The notes: a model not told the origin generated them from the letters alone. Numbered from the stretch's first letter, positions 47,889-59,381 are shown. The stretch is DNA of 64,000 nt from an uncultured Alphaproteobacteria bacterium (GCA_902537615.1 CACBBU010000002.1:7059-71058); one strand, 5' to 3'. Numbers and translations: made by a program.

Positions 47889-47893
47889 TTTTC

Positions 47894-48934
47894 ATGCTAG
47901 ATATAATTCTTAATTCGATAATTCCTTTTGTAATTATTCTTACAATACTAGTTTTTGTTCATGAACTAGGTCATTATCTCGCGGCTATAAAAAATAATGT
48001 TAAGGTTGAGGTTTTTTCTATTGGTTTTGGAAAAGAATTATTTGGTTTCACAGATAACTCCGGCACAAGGTGGAAATTTTCTCTATTACCATTAGGTGGT
48101 TATGTAAAAATGCATGGAGATGCTGACGAGGCAAGTACAAAAAAAAATAACGAAGATATAGACCCAAAAAAATCTTTCCACAATAAGTCTATCAGTCAAA
48201 GATCAGTAATTTTATTTGCAGGGCCAGCTGCAAATTTTATTTTTTCAATAATTTTGCTTGTATTTATTAATTGTTTTTATGGATATACCTCAACCAAACC
48301 AATAATCAGTGAGGTAGAAAAAAATATGCCAGCGGACCTTTCAGGATTAAAAGTAGGAGATACTATCTTGGAAATTAATGAAAAAAAAATATCTGACTTT
48401 TCTCAACTTAGATTAATAATTTCTTCTAATGAAACAATAAAGATCACCTACAGTCGTAACGATAAAATTGAAATGACTAATATAAAAACAGTTGACGGAA
48501 AAATCGGAATTAAAGGTACTATTGAAACAAGAAAGTTAAACCTTTTAAATTCGTGTACCACTTCTATTAAACAGTTTTACAATTTTATTAAAATGACACT
48601 TGTCGGTATCTATGAAATGATTTCGGGTCAAAGAGGAACTGAAGATTTAGGTGGGCCAATTCGTATAGCTGAACTCTCTGGAGATTTTTGGAGTAAAGGA
48701 ATTCATAGTACTCTTTGGTTTATGATGATAATCTCACTCAATCTTGGGTTGATAAATTTATTTCCAATTCCTATGCTAGATGGTGGGCATTTGCTTCTTA
48801 ATTTTATTGAGTTTGTAAAAGGTTCTCCACTTAATAAAAAGTCACTCGAGTTGTTACATATGGCTGGTTTGGTTTTACTTCTTTCATTAATGGTGTTTGC
48901 AACGTATAACGATGTTTTAAGAATAATAAAATAA
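47894..48934 (+). CDS. rseP: RIP metalloprotease RseP (site-2 protease, single PDZ)
   Basis: HELGHY zinc motif, a PDZ region (GLKVGDTILEINEKKI), and NLFPIPMLDGGH. Confidence 0.92.
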   Translation: MLDIILNSIIPFVIILTILVFVHELGHYLAAIKNNVKVEVFSIGFGKELFGFTDNSGTRWKFSLLPLGGYVKMHGDADEASTKKNNEDIDPKKSFHNKSISQRSVILFAGPAANFIFSIILLVFINCFYGYTSTKPIISEVEKNMPADLSGLKVGDTILEINEKKISDFSQLRLIISSNETIKITYSRNDKIEMTNIKTVDGKIGIKGTIETRKLNLLNSCTTSIKQFYNFIKMTLVGIYEMISGQRGTEDLGGPIRIAELSGDFWSKGIHSTLWFMMIISLNLGLINLFPIPMLDGGHLLLNFIEFVKGSPLNKKSLELLHMAGLVLLLSLMVFATYNDVLRIIK

Positions 48935-48937
48935 ATA

Positions 48938-51286
48938 ATGAAAACTTATTTTTTGTATTTTTTTTCTTTGTTTTTCTTTAATCATTTTTTTTTATTTAGT
49001 TTAGTTTACTCACAATCACCAGGAACTCCTTCCTCTAGTTATAATTTTGATTACTACTCCAAAGAAATAAAACAACAACCAGACCCTGGTATTTTGTTAG
49101 AAAATATTAATGCAATAACTAATATAATAGTTCAAGGTAATAAAAGATTGGAATCTAGTTTAATTATCAATGAGTCTGAAATTCAGACACTAGGGACCAA
49201 TGAAAAAAGTCTTAGCAAAGCAGTAAAAAATCTTTATTCAACTGGCTACTTTGATGATGTTCAAATTTTTAAGGATAAAAACTTTATATACATCAACGTT
49301 AAAGAAAACCCAGTTATTGATTTAATTTCTATTGAGGGAAATAGTGAGATTTCAGATGAATTAATCCTTGAAGAATTAACCGTTAAGTCTAGAAATGTTT
49401 ACTCAATTGATGTAATAAAATCTGATGCTGATATGATTGAGACATTATATAAGAGACAAGGTTTCTTTTCTACATATGTAGAACCAAAAGTGATAAAGAT
49501 TGATGATAGCAGGGTTAATCTTGTTTTTGAGGTTTATGAGGGTAAAGAGGCAAGAATAAAGAAAATTAATTTCATTAACAACAAAGTTTTCTCAGATTCT
49601 ACTCTTAAAGATGTAATAAGCTCAACTGAATATAGATGGTATGAATTCTGGGGTAGTAACGATAAATTTGATAAGGATAGAATAAATTATGATAAGGATC
49701 TTTTAAAAAAATATTACTATGACAATGGATATATAGATTTTCGTATAATTTCTGTAAATTCAAGTTTAGTAGATAATAGAAAAGATTTTGTCGTTAATTT
49801 TTCATTATATGAAGGAAACAGATACAAAGTTTCAAATGTTAATGTAAGGTCAAATCTTAGAAACTTACAAAAACTTGATGTTTCCAATTTAATTGAAATT
49901 TCACAAGGTGATTGGTACAGCTCTATTGATATTGATAATTCAATAAAAAATATAAGTGAGAAAGCAAGTCAATTCGGCTATGCTTTTGTTGAAGTATATC
50001 CTGTTATAAAAAAAAGAATGGGTTTTGTAGATTTAATATTTGAAATTGAGGAAGGAAAAAAAATATTTATTGATAGAATTAATATCAATGGAAATCTAAA
50101 AACAGTTGATAAGGTAATAAGAAGAGAACTTGAACTTGTTGACGGCGATCCATTTAATTCTGTTAAATTAAGACAAAGTGAGAGAAACATAAATAATACA
50201 GCTCTTTTTGAGAGTGTAGAAATAAATCTTGATGAGTCATCAGATGCCAATAAAGCAACAGTAGATGTTGAGGTTAAAGAAAAAGCTACTGGACAATTTT
50301 CTGTCGGAGGTGGATTTTCGTCATTAGATGGGGCAATTGGTAATGTTTCAATAAAAGAATCTAATCTTTTTGGTGAAGCCAAAGAAATTACTCTTGCACT
50401 CGGGGTATCAACAAGAAAGCAAGAAATTGACTTATCCTATACAAACCCATATTTTTTAGATAAAGATGTGGCTGCTGGTATAGATTTATTTAACGTCAGA
50501 AGAAATAATAAAAGGTATAGTGGATACAAACATAATATACTTGGCTTTAGACTTAGATCTGGTTACGAGATTGTCAATGACGTGAGACATTTTTCTAGTT
50601 ACACGCTAAAAAGAGATAAGATTCATGATATAAGCAACACTACTTCAAGATATATTCAGGATCAAGAGGGAAAACGAGTAACATCAATAATTGGGCAAGC
50701 AATTCAATATAGCTCTCTAAATGATAGAATCAATCCAACAGAAGGATTACGAGTTCGCCTTGATCTAGATTATTATGGTTTAATTGGAGACTCAGAACAC
50801 TTTCAGAGTGAATTGAAAGTAGCAAATTTTTTCAGAATAACAGATGGAGTAGTTTTAGGTAACTTTGTTGAAGGAGGATATATTCATCCTATTAAAGATG
50901 TAAAAATTAATGATAGATTTTATATTAATGGAGATAGATTAAGGGGCTTTAAAAACTTAGGAATTGGTCCAAGAGACTCTGCAACAACAGATGCTCTTGG
51001 AGGTGAGATTTATTATTTAAGTAGAAATGAAATAACTTTTCCATTAGGCCTTCCTGATGACCTAGGCGTTGGTGGATTAATATTTGCTGATATTGGTTCT
51101 TTATACAGTTTATCTGAGTCCGGGGCTGATATACTTGATGAAAATAAACCACGGGCATCAGCTGGGGTAGGAATTTCATGGCTTTCACCTTTTGGTCCTG
51201 TAAAGTTTTATCTATCAAAAGCTATTTTAAAAGAAAATTATGATAAAAAAGAGATTTTTAGATTTAGTTTTGGTACAACATATTAA
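48938..51286 (+). CDS. bamA: outer membrane protein assembly factor BamA
   Basis: Signal peptide, POTRA repeats (I..I.v.GN.r...), and a C-terminal beta-barrel ending FRFSFGTTY. 782 aa. Confidence 0.93.
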   Translation: MKTYFLYFFSLFFFNHFFLFSLVYSQSPGTPSSSYNFDYYSKEIKQQPDPGILLENINAITNIIVQGNKRLESSLIINESEIQTLGTNEKSLSKAVKNLYSTGYFDDVQIFKDKNFIYINVKENPVIDLISIEGNSEISDELILEELTVKSRNVYSIDVIKSDADMIETLYKRQGFFSTYVEPKVIKIDDSRVNLVFEVYEGKEARIKKINFINNKVFSDSTLKDVISSTEYRWYEFWGSNDKFDKDRINYDKDLLKKYYYDNGYIDFRIISVNSSLVDNRKDFVVNFSLYEGNRYKVSNVNVRSNLRNLQKLDVSNLIEISQGDWYSSIDIDNSIKNISEKASQFGYAFVEVYPVIKKRMGFVDLIFEIEEGKKIFIDRININGNLKTVDKVIRRELELVDGDPFNSVKLRQSERNINNTALFESVEINLDESSDANKATVDVEVKEKATGQFSVGGGFSSLDGAIGNVSIKESNLFGEAKEITLALGVSTRKQEIDLSYTNPYFLDKDVAAGIDLFNVRRNNKRYSGYKHNILGFRLRSGYEIVNDVRHFSSYTLKRDKIHDISNTTSRYIQDQEGKRVTSIIGQAIQYSSLNDRINPTEGLRVRLDLDYYGLIGDSEHFQSELKVANFFRITDGVVLGNFVEGGYIHPIKDVKINDRFYINGDRLRGFKNLGIGPRDSATTDALGGEIYYLSRNEITFPLGLPDDLGVGGLIFADIGSLYSLSESGADILDENKPRASAGVGISWLSPFGPVKFYLSKAILKENYDKKEIFRFSFGTTY

Positions 51287-51309
51287 ACAATTAAATTTAC
51301 AGGAGTATT

Positions 51310-51861
51310 ATGATTAGGTTATTATTATTAGTTGTAGTTTCATTCTTATTTTCAGAGATAAATGCTCAAGAAACAACTGAGAGCCCAAAAGAAAAATCCT
51401 TTAAGTCTGGAGTAGGAGTTGTTGATATGAAAAAAATTCTTCAAGATTCTACTGCTTACCAGGCATTGGTGGATCAGTTTGAAGAGAAGAGAAGAAAACA
51501 TCGGAACAAATTCACAAAATTTGAGGATGTTATTAGAGATGAAGAGAGCAAACTCTCAAAACAAAAAGGTGTTTTATCTAGAGAAGTTTATGCTCAAAAA
51601 ATTAAAGATTTAAATAAAAAAGTTAATGAACTCAAATCAAAACAAACTAGCGAAGCTCAAAAATTTGAAAGAGAATTTGAAAAATCAACTAATAAGATAC
51701 AAGGAGCCTTAATTGATGTTCTTTCTATGATTGCTAACAAAAATAAGCTGGATATTGTCATGGCAAAAAATCAACTTCTTCTCGTAGGAAAGGATATTGA
51801 TTTAACTGCAGATGCTATTAAAGAGTTAAATAAAATTTTACCAAAAATTACCAAAGATTAG
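51310..51861 (+). CDS. skp: OmpH/Skp-family periplasmic chaperone
   Basis: Signal peptide plus a coiled-coil Lys/Glu-rich body. It lies between bamA and lpxD. Confidence 0.85.
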   Translation: MIRLLLLVVVSFLFSEINAQETTESPKEKSFKSGVGVVDMKKILQDSTAYQALVDQFEEKRRKHRNKFTKFEDVIRDEESKLSKQKGVLSREVYAQKIKDLNKKVNELKSKQTSEAQKFEREFEKSTNKIQGALIDVLSMIANKNKLDIVMAKNQLLLVGKDIDLTADAIKELNKILPKITKD

Positions 51862-51878
51862 CTAAAAAGAGATTAAAT

Positions 51879-52856
51879 TTGATAGATAAATGTTTTTATA
51901 AAAATGTTGGTCCATTTACTCTTTCTGATATTGCTTCAAAACTTAATTTAGAGTTCACTGGTGAACCCAATTTCCAAATTGAAGATATAGCTACTCTTGA
52001 TTCAGCTTTACCTAACGAAGTAAGTTTTTTTCATAATAATAAATATAGAGATCAACTTAAAAACACAAAAGCTGGAGCGATAATTTTAAAAAAAACTGAA
52101 CAAAATAAAATTAATTCAAAAAAAAATTATCTTCTATCAGATAATCCTTATTTAACCATGGCAGAGATTGCTTCATTACTTTATCCAGATTGTGAATACC
52201 CTAACTTTTCATTCCCTAACTCAAAAAGAAATACTTTAATTTCTGAAAATTGCTTTATTCACGAAGATTCAAAAATTGGTAAAAATTGTGTTATTGGGTC
52301 ATTTGTTAAAATTGGGCCTGGCGTTAAAATTGGATCAAATTGTATTATTGGAGATAACGTTTGTATTTATTATTCTATTATTTCTAATAATGTTAAAATT
52401 TATAATGGAGTAAAAATAGGTGGTGAAGGGTTTGGCTTTATTTCTTCTGAAAATTATTTTAAAAAAATTCCTCAATTAGGAAGAGTTATTATTGAAGATA
52501 ATGTTGAAATTGGTTGTAATTCAACTGTTGATAGAGGATCAATTGGTGACACAATAATTTCAAAGAATGTAATGATTGATAACCTCGTTCATGTTGCACA
52601 TAATGTAAAAATAGGTAAGAATACAATTATTGCGGCTATGACTGGTATATCTGGTAGTTGCGATATAGGAAGTAATTGTATGATTGGTGGTCAAGTAGGT
52701 ATTAGTGGTCATTTAAACATTGGTAATAATGTTAAAATAGCAGCAAAAAGCGGAGTTATGAAAAATATTCCGGATAACGCAAGTGTTGGCGGTTATCCAG
52801 CTCTGAATATAATAGATTGGCATAGAGGTACAATTTTAAATAAAAAAAAAAGATAA
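51879..52856 (+). CDS. lpxD: UDP-3-O-acylglucosamine N-acyltransferase
   Basis: Hexapeptide-repeat LbH protein with VHVAHNVKIG, in conserved operon position. TTG start. Confidence 0.92.
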   Translation: MIDKCFYKNVGPFTLSDIASKLNLEFTGEPNFQIEDIATLDSALPNEVSFFHNNKYRDQLKNTKAGAIILKKTEQNKINSKKNYLLSDNPYLTMAEIASLLYPDCEYPNFSFPNSKRNTLISENCFIHEDSKIGKNCVIGSFVKIGPGVKIGSNCIIGDNVCIYYSIISNNVKIYNGVKIGGEGFGFISSENYFKKIPQLGRVIIEDNVEIGCNSTVDRGSIGDTIISKNVMIDNLVHVAHNVKIGKNTIIAAMTGISGSCDIGSNCMIGGQVGISGHLNIGNNVKIAAKSGVMKNIPDNASVGGYPALNIIDWHRGTILNKKKR

Positions 52857-53302
52857 TGAAAAAAAAAGAACTTAATATTGAAGAAATTAAAGATTTAATT
52901 CCTCATAGATATCCTTTTTTATTAATTGATAAACTAATTGATATAGTCCCGGATGCAAGCGCTACTGGTATTAAGAATGTAACTTTTAACGAAAATTTCT
53001 TTCAAGGTCATTTTGAATCAATGTCGGTAATGCCAGGTGCTCTAATAATTGAGTCTATGGCTCAATCTGCAGGAACATTAGTAATGTATAGTTTGAAAAA
53101 AAAATCCAAAAATACTTCTGTTTATTTACTAACAGTTGATAAAGCAAAGTTTAGAAAACCAGTTTGTCCTGGAGATGTTTTGATGAACAAGGTTGAAAAA
53201 AAACAAAAATTTAGAAATATCTGGAAATTTAAATGCAGATCTTTTGTAAATGATGAATTGGTTTCACAAGCAGAAATATCAGCTATTTTAAATACTCCTT
53301 AA
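52856..53302 (+). CDS. fabZ: 3-hydroxyacyl-ACP dehydratase FabZ
   Basis: LIPHRYPFLLIDK, FFQGHF and MPGALIIESMAQ motifs. Confidence 0.95.
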   Translation: MKKKELNIEEIKDLIPHRYPFLLIDKLIDIVPDASATGIKNVTFNENFFQGHFESMSVMPGALIIESMAQSAGTLVMYSLKKKSKNTSVYLLTVDKAKFRKPVCPGDVLMNKVEKKQKFRNIWKFKCRSFVNDELVSQAEISAILNTP

Positions 53303-53366
53303 ATAATGAAATATTTTGAAATTTTTTTTTATTTGTTCTTATTTCAAGAATCTTTAGATTCAAACT

Positions 53367-54149
53367 ATGATTAATAAATCTTCCATTATAGACGAAAATG
53401 CGAATATTGAAAAAAACGTTAAAATTGGACCATTTTGTTTTATTGGAAAAAACGTTAATATCGGGAAAAATTGTCATATTCATAATCATGTAAGTATTTC
53501 TGGTAATATAACAATTGGAGAAAATACAGAAATTTTTCCATTTGCATCTATTGGTTCTTCGCCTCAAGATTTAAAATATAAAGGTGAGGTTTCTACCATT
53601 CAAATTGGAAAGAATTGTAAAATACGTGAATATGTTACTATTAATCCTGGTACAAAGGGAGGAGGAAAGATTACTTCAGTCGGTAACAATTGTTTGTTAA
53701 TGATTGGAACCCATATTGCGCATGATTGTCGCATTGGTAATAATGTTATTTTTGCAAATCACTCAACACTTGCAGGTCATGTTATCGTTGAGGACAATGT
53801 TGTTGTGGGAGCACTTAGTGCAATCCATCAATTTTGTAGAATTGGGGAAGGTGCTATGATTGGAGGGATGTCGGGCGTAACAGCTGATGTTATACCATTC
53901 TCAACAGTAATGGGAAACCGTGCTAAATTATCTGGAATTAATATATTGGGTTTAAAAAGAAGGAATACTAAAAAAAATGAAATATCAGAATTTAGAAAAA
54001 CTTTTAAATATATTTTTTTTAACAAAGATGACACTTTTAGAGATAGAGTTTCAAAAGTTATGAAAAATAAAAATAATAATTCAATTGTTTCAAAGCTTTT
54101 AAAATTTCTTCAAAACCATTCAGATAGATCATATTGTATGCCTGACTAG
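53367..54149 (+). CDS. lpxA: acyl-ACP--UDP-N-acetylglucosamine O-acyltransferase
   Basis: Hexapeptide repeats, GSSPQDLKYKGE and HIAHDC motifs. 260 aa. Confidence 0.93.
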   Translation: MINKSSIIDENANIEKNVKIGPFCFIGKNVNIGKNCHIHNHVSISGNITIGENTEIFPFASIGSSPQDLKYKGEVSTIQIGKNCKIREYVTINPGTKGGGKITSVGNNCLLMIGTHIAHDCRIGNNVIFANHSTLAGHVIVEDNVVVGALSAIHQFCRIGEGAMIGGMSGVTADVIPFSTVMGNRAKLSGINILGLKRRNTKKNEISEFRKTFKYIFFNKDDTFRDRVSKVMKNKNNNSIVSKLLKFLQNHSDRSYCMPD

Positions 54150-54153
54150 TACA

Positions 54154-54957
54154 ATGAATAAAGTAATATTTATTTTTGGAGATGGCGATTTACCAAAATT
54201 TATTTTAAAAAAAATTGAAAATTCAAATTTTGAATTTAAGGTTTTAGCAATCGGTAAAAACAACTTTTGTAAATCTTCAAATTCTAAATCTATAAGATTA
54301 GGAAAAATTATCACTGAATTAAAGTCTTTAAAGAAAAAAGGATTCACAAAAATTCTTATGGCAGGATCAATAAATAGACCAAGAGTTACCGATATAAAAC
54401 CTGACTTTAATAGTCTTAAACTATTACCTAAATTTGCAAAAATACTTTTTCAAGGCGGTGATAACAAGTTATTGAAATTTGTAATTTCAGAGTTAGAAAA
54501 CCTTAATTTTATGATCCTGTATATTCATAAAACTTTTCCAGATTTATTTCTTGGGTTCGGTAATCAGACTAATGTAAAAATATCAAATAATTTTTTAAAA
54601 GATATTCATAAGGGGTCTTTAATTCTCAATGCCAATTCAAAATTTGATATAGGCCAATCAATTTTAATTCAAGAGGGAAATGTAATTGGTATAGAAGCTG
54701 CTCAAGGCACTGATAATTTAATTAAACAATCTTTACCTTATATGCAGAAAGTAAAAAGAGGAGTATTAATTAAATTAATAAAAGTTAAACAAGACCTAAG
54801 AGCTGACTTGCCAACGATTGGACTTCAAACTTTAAAAAATTGCTTCAAAAGTGGTGTTGTCGGAATTGCATATAGTGCCAACAAGACAATTTTTCTAGAC
54901 AAGCAAAAAATATTAAGTTTTTGTAATAAGAACCACTTTTTTTTATATGGTTTGTGA
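54154..54957 (+). CDS. lpxI: UDP-2,3-diacylglucosamine diphosphatase LpxI (DUF1009)
   Basis: 267 aa between lpxA and lpxB. DIGQSILIQEGNVIGIEAAQGTD and the RADLPTIG pattern are typical of LpxI. Confidence 0.8.
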   Translation: MNKVIFIFGDGDLPKFILKKIENSNFEFKVLAIGKNNFCKSSNSKSIRLGKIITELKSLKKKGFTKILMAGSINRPRVTDIKPDFNSLKLLPKFAKILFQGGDNKLLKFVISELENLNFMILYIHKTFPDLFLGFGNQTNVKISNNFLKDIHKGSLILNANSKFDIGQSILIQEGNVIGIEAAQGTDNLIKQSLPYMQKVKRGVLIKLIKVKQDLRADLPTIGLQTLKNCFKSGVVGIAYSANKTIFLDKQKILSFCNKNHFFLYGL

Positions 54958-56042
54958 TGAAAATTTATATTATAGCAACTGAAGCATCTGGTGATTACTT
55001 AGGTTCGCATTTAATAAGAGAACTTAAAAAAAAGAAAAACTGTTCCATCCAAGGAATTGGAGGTGAGCTAATGAAAATGGAAGGATTAAGCTCATGGATT
55101 CCAATAGAAAAGTTTAATACAATTGGGTTAATAGAGGTTTTAATAAGAATACCTAAATTTTATAAAATCTTTAAAAAAGTAGAAAATTTTATAAAAAATA
55201 ATCCTCCAGACATTATCATTACAATTGATTCACCAAGTTTCAGTTATAGACTTATAAAAAAAATTCAAGGTTTGAGAAAAAAAGTTAGGATGATTCATTA
55301 TGTTGCCCCAACAGTTTGGGCTTGGAAAAAATATAGAGCAAAAATATTTGCAAACTTATATGATCAGCTTTTTGTACTTTTTAAATTTGAAAAGAAATAT
55401 TTTCTTGAGCATGGGTTAGATACGTTTTGGGTTGGTCATCAAATCTTTTTCAATAAAAGCAATATTAAAAAAAAAAAAATAATTAGTTTTCTTCCAGGTT
55501 CAAGAGAAACTGAGATAAAAAAAAATCTAAAAAAAATGAAGAATGTATTAAATGACATTTCTTTTGAATATCCAAATTATAAATTTTTTATTCTTGGTTT
55601 TGACCATCATAAGGAAATTATTAATAAAATAATTCCAAATTCTAATGCAAAAATAATTACTAACTACAATCTTAAACAAAAAATTATGATGCAATCTTCA
55701 CTCGCATTGGCATCTTCGGGAAGTGTTACATTGGAGTTAAGTAACTATCAAACACCAATGGTTGTAGTTTATGATACTAATTATTTGACGAGAATATTAA
55801 TAAAGTTTTTTGTTAAAGTTAAATTCTGTTCTTTAATAAATATTTTTTTTAATAAAGAAGTTGTTCCAGAACTTATTTTTGAAAAGTTTACTTATTCTCG
55901 TGTAATTAATCAAATTAGAGATATCTTGAATAATAAAACCTTAAGGAAAAAACAGATAAAGTATATGAATCTCTTTTCTAAGAAAATGTTAAATAACGGA
56001 AGTCCCTCTAAATTGATGGTTGATCATATTTTTAAAAAATAG
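54957..56042 (+). CDS. lpxB: lipid-A-disaccharide synthase
   Basis: MKIYIIATEASGDYLG, YVAPTVWAWKKYR and LPGSRETE motifs. ATG 54957 overlaps the lpxI TGA by 1 nt, and GTG 54954 is an alternative start. Confidence 0.92.
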   Translation: MKIYIIATEASGDYLGSHLIRELKKKKNCSIQGIGGELMKMEGLSSWIPIEKFNTIGLIEVLIRIPKFYKIFKKVENFIKNNPPDIIITIDSPSFSYRLIKKIQGLRKKVRMIHYVAPTVWAWKKYRAKIFANLYDQLFVLFKFEKKYFLEHGLDTFWVGHQIFFNKSNIKKKKIISFLPGSRETEIKKNLKKMKNVLNDISFEYPNYKFFILGFDHHKEIINKIIPNSNAKIITNYNLKQKIMMQSSLALASSGSVTLELSNYQTPMVVVYDTNYLTRILIKFFVKVKFCSLINIFFNKEVVPELIFEKFTYSRVINQIRDILNNKTLRKKQIKYMNLFSKKMLNNGSPSKLMVDHIFKK

Positions 56043-57380
56043 TTATTTAATTTCTCCAGGATACATTTTTTTGATATTTCTCCTTTCCTCAATTTCAATA
56101 AACTCACGTTTATTCTTTCCTGTATAAAGCTGCCTTGGCCTGCTAATTTTATTATTGGTCAATTCAGTCATCTCTTTCCACTGAGATATCCAACCTACTG
56201 TTCTTGCAACTGCGAAAATAACTGTAAACATGGATTCAGGCATCCCGAGTGCTTTTAATATAATTCCCGAATAAAAATCTACATTTGGATATAGTTTTTT
56301 CTTTATAAAATAACTGTCATTCAGTGCAATTTCTTCAAGTTTTGTCGCTAATTTAAATAAAGGCACATTGAATGAATCTATCTCTTTCAGTAAATTATGA
56401 CAATATTTTCTAAGTACATTTGCCCTCGGATCATAATTTTTATAAACTCTATGCCCAAATCCCATTAATCTAAAGGAATCAGTTTTATCTTTTGCTTTTT
56501 CTATAAACTTTTGAATATTGTTGACGGAGCCGATTTCGTTTAGCATTCTAATCACAGATTCATTAGCCCCTCCATGTGCAGGTCCCCATAACGAAGCAAC
56601 CCCTGCAGCAACACATGCAAATGGGTTGGCTCCAGAGGACCCTGCCATTTTGACTGTAGATGTAGAGGCGTTTTGTTCATGATCAGCATGAAGTATTAAA
56701 AGTTTATCTAAGGCCTCTATACTTGCTTTAGATGGATGATACTCACCGCAAGGTGTAGAAAACAACATGTGAAGAAAATTTTCACTGTAGCTTAGATTAT
56801 TTTTTGGATATATAAATGGCTGTCCTAATGAATATTTATATGCCATAGCTGCCATCGTTGGCAATTTGGCAAGTAATCTACTAACAGCAACCCACATTCC
56901 TTCAGTTGATGAAAAGTCATAATTTTTTTCAGAATAAAATGATGATAAGGCCCCAACTATACCAACCATTACTGCCATAGGATGAGAATCACGTCGAAAA
57001 CCACTATAGAATCTTAATAATTGCTCGTGCAACATTGTATGATTTGTAAGAATCTTGATGAATTTTTTTTTATTTTCAACATCAGGTAATTCACCATTTA
57101 AAAGAAGATAACAAACTTCTGGATAATCAGATTTTTCTGCTAGGTCCTCAATTTTGTAACCTCTATGTAGTAAAATTCCTTTTTCTCCATCTATGAATGT
57201 TATCTCTGAGGAACAACTTGCTGTTGAAGTAAAACCAGGATCGTAAACAAACATACCTGTTTTTGAGTAAAAGGCAGTAAGATCAGCAACATCTGGTCCA
57301 AATGACCCTTTTTTTATCTTAAATTCAAATTTGTTGTTATTTCTATTGTCAACAACTGTAATAGTATCTTTATTCTTCAA
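56043..57380 (-). CDS. gltA: citrate synthase (type II)
   Basis: [22 protein letters not shown] and [14 protein letters not shown] motifs. TTG start. Its stop directly abuts the lpxB stop. Confidence 0.96.
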   Translation of the reverse strand: MKNKDTITVVDNRNNNKFEFKIKKGSFGPDVADLTAFYSKTGMFVYDPGFTSTASCSSEITFIDGEKGILLHRGYKIEDLAEKSDYPEVCYLLLNGELPDVENKKKFIKILTNHTMLHEQLLRFYSGFRRDSHPMAVMVGIVGALSSFYSEKNYDFSSTEGMWVAVSRLLAKLPTMAAMAYKYSLGQPFIYPKNNLSYSENFLHMLFSTPCGEYHPSKASIEALDKLLILHADHEQNASTSTVKMAGSSGANPFACVAAGVASLWGPAHGGANESVIRMLNEIGSVNNIQKFIEKAKDKTDSFRLMGFGHRVYKNYDPRANVLRKYCHNLLKEIDSFNVPLFKLATKLEEIALNDSYFIKKKLYPNVDFYSGIILKALGMPESMFTVIFAVARTVGWISQWKEMTELTNNKISRPRQLYTGKNKREFIEIEERRNIKKMYPGEIK

Positions 57381-57382
57381 TT

Positions 57383-58747
57383 TTATTTCCAGTTGGTTTT
57401 TATTTTTTTTAATGTTGATTCTTTACCGATAATTTTCATTATTTTTACTATAGACGGTCCATTGATTGATCCACATATAACTAGTCTCAATGGTTGTCCT
57501 AAATCTTTAAATTTCAAACCCATATTTTCTATGATTTCTTTTATAACATTTTCTAGTATATAATCATCCCAAGATTCTATTAAAGATAATTTATCTAAAA
57601 GTTTAGTTTTTAGATACTCAGTATTATTTAAAATATTTTTTTCTTCCTTGGAGTAAGTTAAAACATCTTCATTGATTGAAATAAGGTTATTTACAATTTC
57701 GTTCAATGAATTTGATCTTTCTTTGTAAATATTTATTAAATTTTTTATTTTACTAATCTCTTCTTTTGTATTTTTAATTTTTAAAAAGGCTGAATTATTT
57801 TTTATTTCATTAAAAATAAAGTCGTCATTTTTAGTTTTAATATAAAAGTTGTTGAGAAAAAGTAGTTTTTTATTATCAAGTTTAGATGGTGATTTACCTA
57901 TTTTTTCTATTTTAAAATTATTTATTGCATCATCTAACGAAATAATTTCTTTGTCTTTATAAGACCAACCTAATCTTAACAGATAATTAATAATAGTTTC
58001 TGATAAAAAACCCTTGTTTCTGTATTCCTCAATAGACAAAGCATTATTTCTTTTTGATAGTTTTTCGTTATTTTCATTATGAATTAAAGGCATATGCGAA
58101 AATGTCGGTACATAATCTAAATATTTAAAAATAACCATCTGTCGAAAAGAATTAGTCAAATGATCGTCACCGCGGATAATGTCTGTAATAGACATCAAAA
58201 AGTCATCAACAGCCGAAGATAGAAGAAATGTTGGTGAGCCATCAGATCTCATTATTACAAAATCATCAAGCTCCTTATTATCAACTTTAACTTTTCCTTG
58301 AATTCTGTCGTTTATTATTGTTTGTCCGTCTAAAGGTGATTTTATTCTAACACAAAACTGAGTATTTTTTGAACGATTAACATTGTCTCTCCACTCACTC
58401 TTAAATTTTTTTTTGTGTTTTTTTAATTCAAGAATTTCATCATCAGTATGATAACATTTATATGCAAAATTATTTTCAATTAATTGATTTATAATTTTCT
58501 TGTGTTCTAAGATTTTGTGACTTTGATATACGACCTCCTTATCAAACTCAAGACCTAACCATTTAAGCCCATTAAAAATTGAATCTATTGACTCCTGTTT
58601 ATTTCTTGTTTGATCAGTATCTTCAATTCTTATTTTAAACTTTCCTCCATTAGATTTAGCATGAAGAAAATTAAATAGAGCCGTTCTTAGACCACCAAGA
58701 TGAAGAAGGCCTGTTGGTGAAGGGGCAAATCTGGTTATTGTTTTCAT
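57383..58747 (-). CDS. gltX: glutamate--tRNA ligase
   Basis: [21 protein letters not shown] (HIGH-type motif) and KLSKRN (KMSKS-type motif). Confidence 0.95.
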   Translation of the reverse strand: MKTITRFAPSPTGLLHLGGLRTALFNFLHAKSNGGKFKIRIEDTDQTRNKQESIDSIFNGLKWLGLEFDKEVVYQSHKILEHKKIINQLIENNFAYKCYHTDDEILELKKHKKKFKSEWRDNVNRSKNTQFCVRIKSPLDGQTIINDRIQGKVKVDNKELDDFVIMRSDGSPTFLLSSAVDDFLMSITDIIRGDDHLTNSFRQMVIFKYLDYVPTFSHMPLIHNENNEKLSKRNNALSIEEYRNKGFLSETIINYLLRLGWSYKDKEIISLDDAINNFKIEKIGKSPSKLDNKKLLFLNNFYIKTKNDDFIFNEIKNNSAFLKIKNTKEEISKIKNLINIYKERSNSLNEIVNNLISINEDVLTYSKEEKNILNNTEYLKTKLLDKLSLIESWDDYILENVIKEIIENMGLKFKDLGQPLRLVICGSINGPSIVKIMKIIGKESTLKKIKTNWK

Positions 58748-58750
58748 TTT

Positions 58751-59374
58751 TTAGAATTTTCTTATCAATCCTACCAACTTACCTTGTATTTTTACTCTAT
58801 CTTCACCAAAAATTCTAATTTTATAATTTTTATTAGCAGGTTCAAGAGCTATAGAGTTTTTAAAAGATCTAAATCTTTTTAGTGTAACCTCATTTTGGTC
58901 TATTAAGGCCACGACAATATCACCGGAATTTGCAATTTCTGTTCTTCTAATTATAACGATGTCACCATCATATATTCCTGCATCAATCATTGAATCTCCT
59001 GTAACTTCAAGGGTGAAATGATCATATTTATTGTTAATAAGATAATTTGGTACTGAAATCTGTTCAAAACTTCCTGTTATAGCTTCTATAGGGTTACCAG
59101 CAGCAATTCTACCTAGGAAAGGAAGTTCCTTTTCATTTTCATTATATTTTGTATTAACACCATCAAAGTTTGTATTTATACTAAGTGCTCTTGCTTTGTG
59201 AGGAAGCCTATTAACAAATCCTTTTTCTTCTAAACTTGAAAGAAGTTTGTGTATGCCGGATTTAGATTTTATTTGTAAAAAATTTTTCATTTCATCAAAG
59301 GTTGGATAGACATGGTTTTTTTCAAAATAATCAATTAAAAAGTCTAATAATTTTTTTTGTTTTAAGGTTAACAT
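58751..59374 (-). CDS. lexA: SOS repressor LexA
   Basis: Winged-helix N-terminus (LTLKQKKLLDFL...PTFDEM), cleavage site AAG (GRIAAGNPIEA), catalytic Ser (GDSM) and Lys (TLKRF). Confidence 0.95.
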   Translation of the reverse strand: MLTLKQKKLLDFLIDYFEKNHVYPTFDEMKNFLQIKSKSGIHKLLSSLEEKGFVNRLPHKARALSINTNFDGVNTKYNENEKELPFLGRIAAGNPIEAITGSFEQISVPNYLINNKYDHFTLEVTGDSMIDAGIYDGDIVIIRRTEIANSGDIVVALIDQNEVTLKRFRSFKNSIALEPANKNYKIRIFGEDRVKIQGKLVGLIRKF

Positions 59375-59381
59375 AATAAAT

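Noticed and set aside
53303-53366. Inverted repeat TTGAAAT...ATTTCAA in the fabZ-lpxA spacer as a terminator or attenuator
   Set aside because: It has only a 7-bp all-A/T stem with an ~18-nt loop, which is indistinguishable from chance in DNA this AT-rich.
56040-56045. Strand switch at lpxB/gltA (and at 8366/8379) as a possible replication terminus or origin
   Set aside because: The convergent lpxB-gltA arrangement is conserved synteny in alphaproteobacteria. I saw no DnaA-box cluster, dif-like site or AT-rich unwinding element distinct from the background. GC skew cannot be evaluated by eye.
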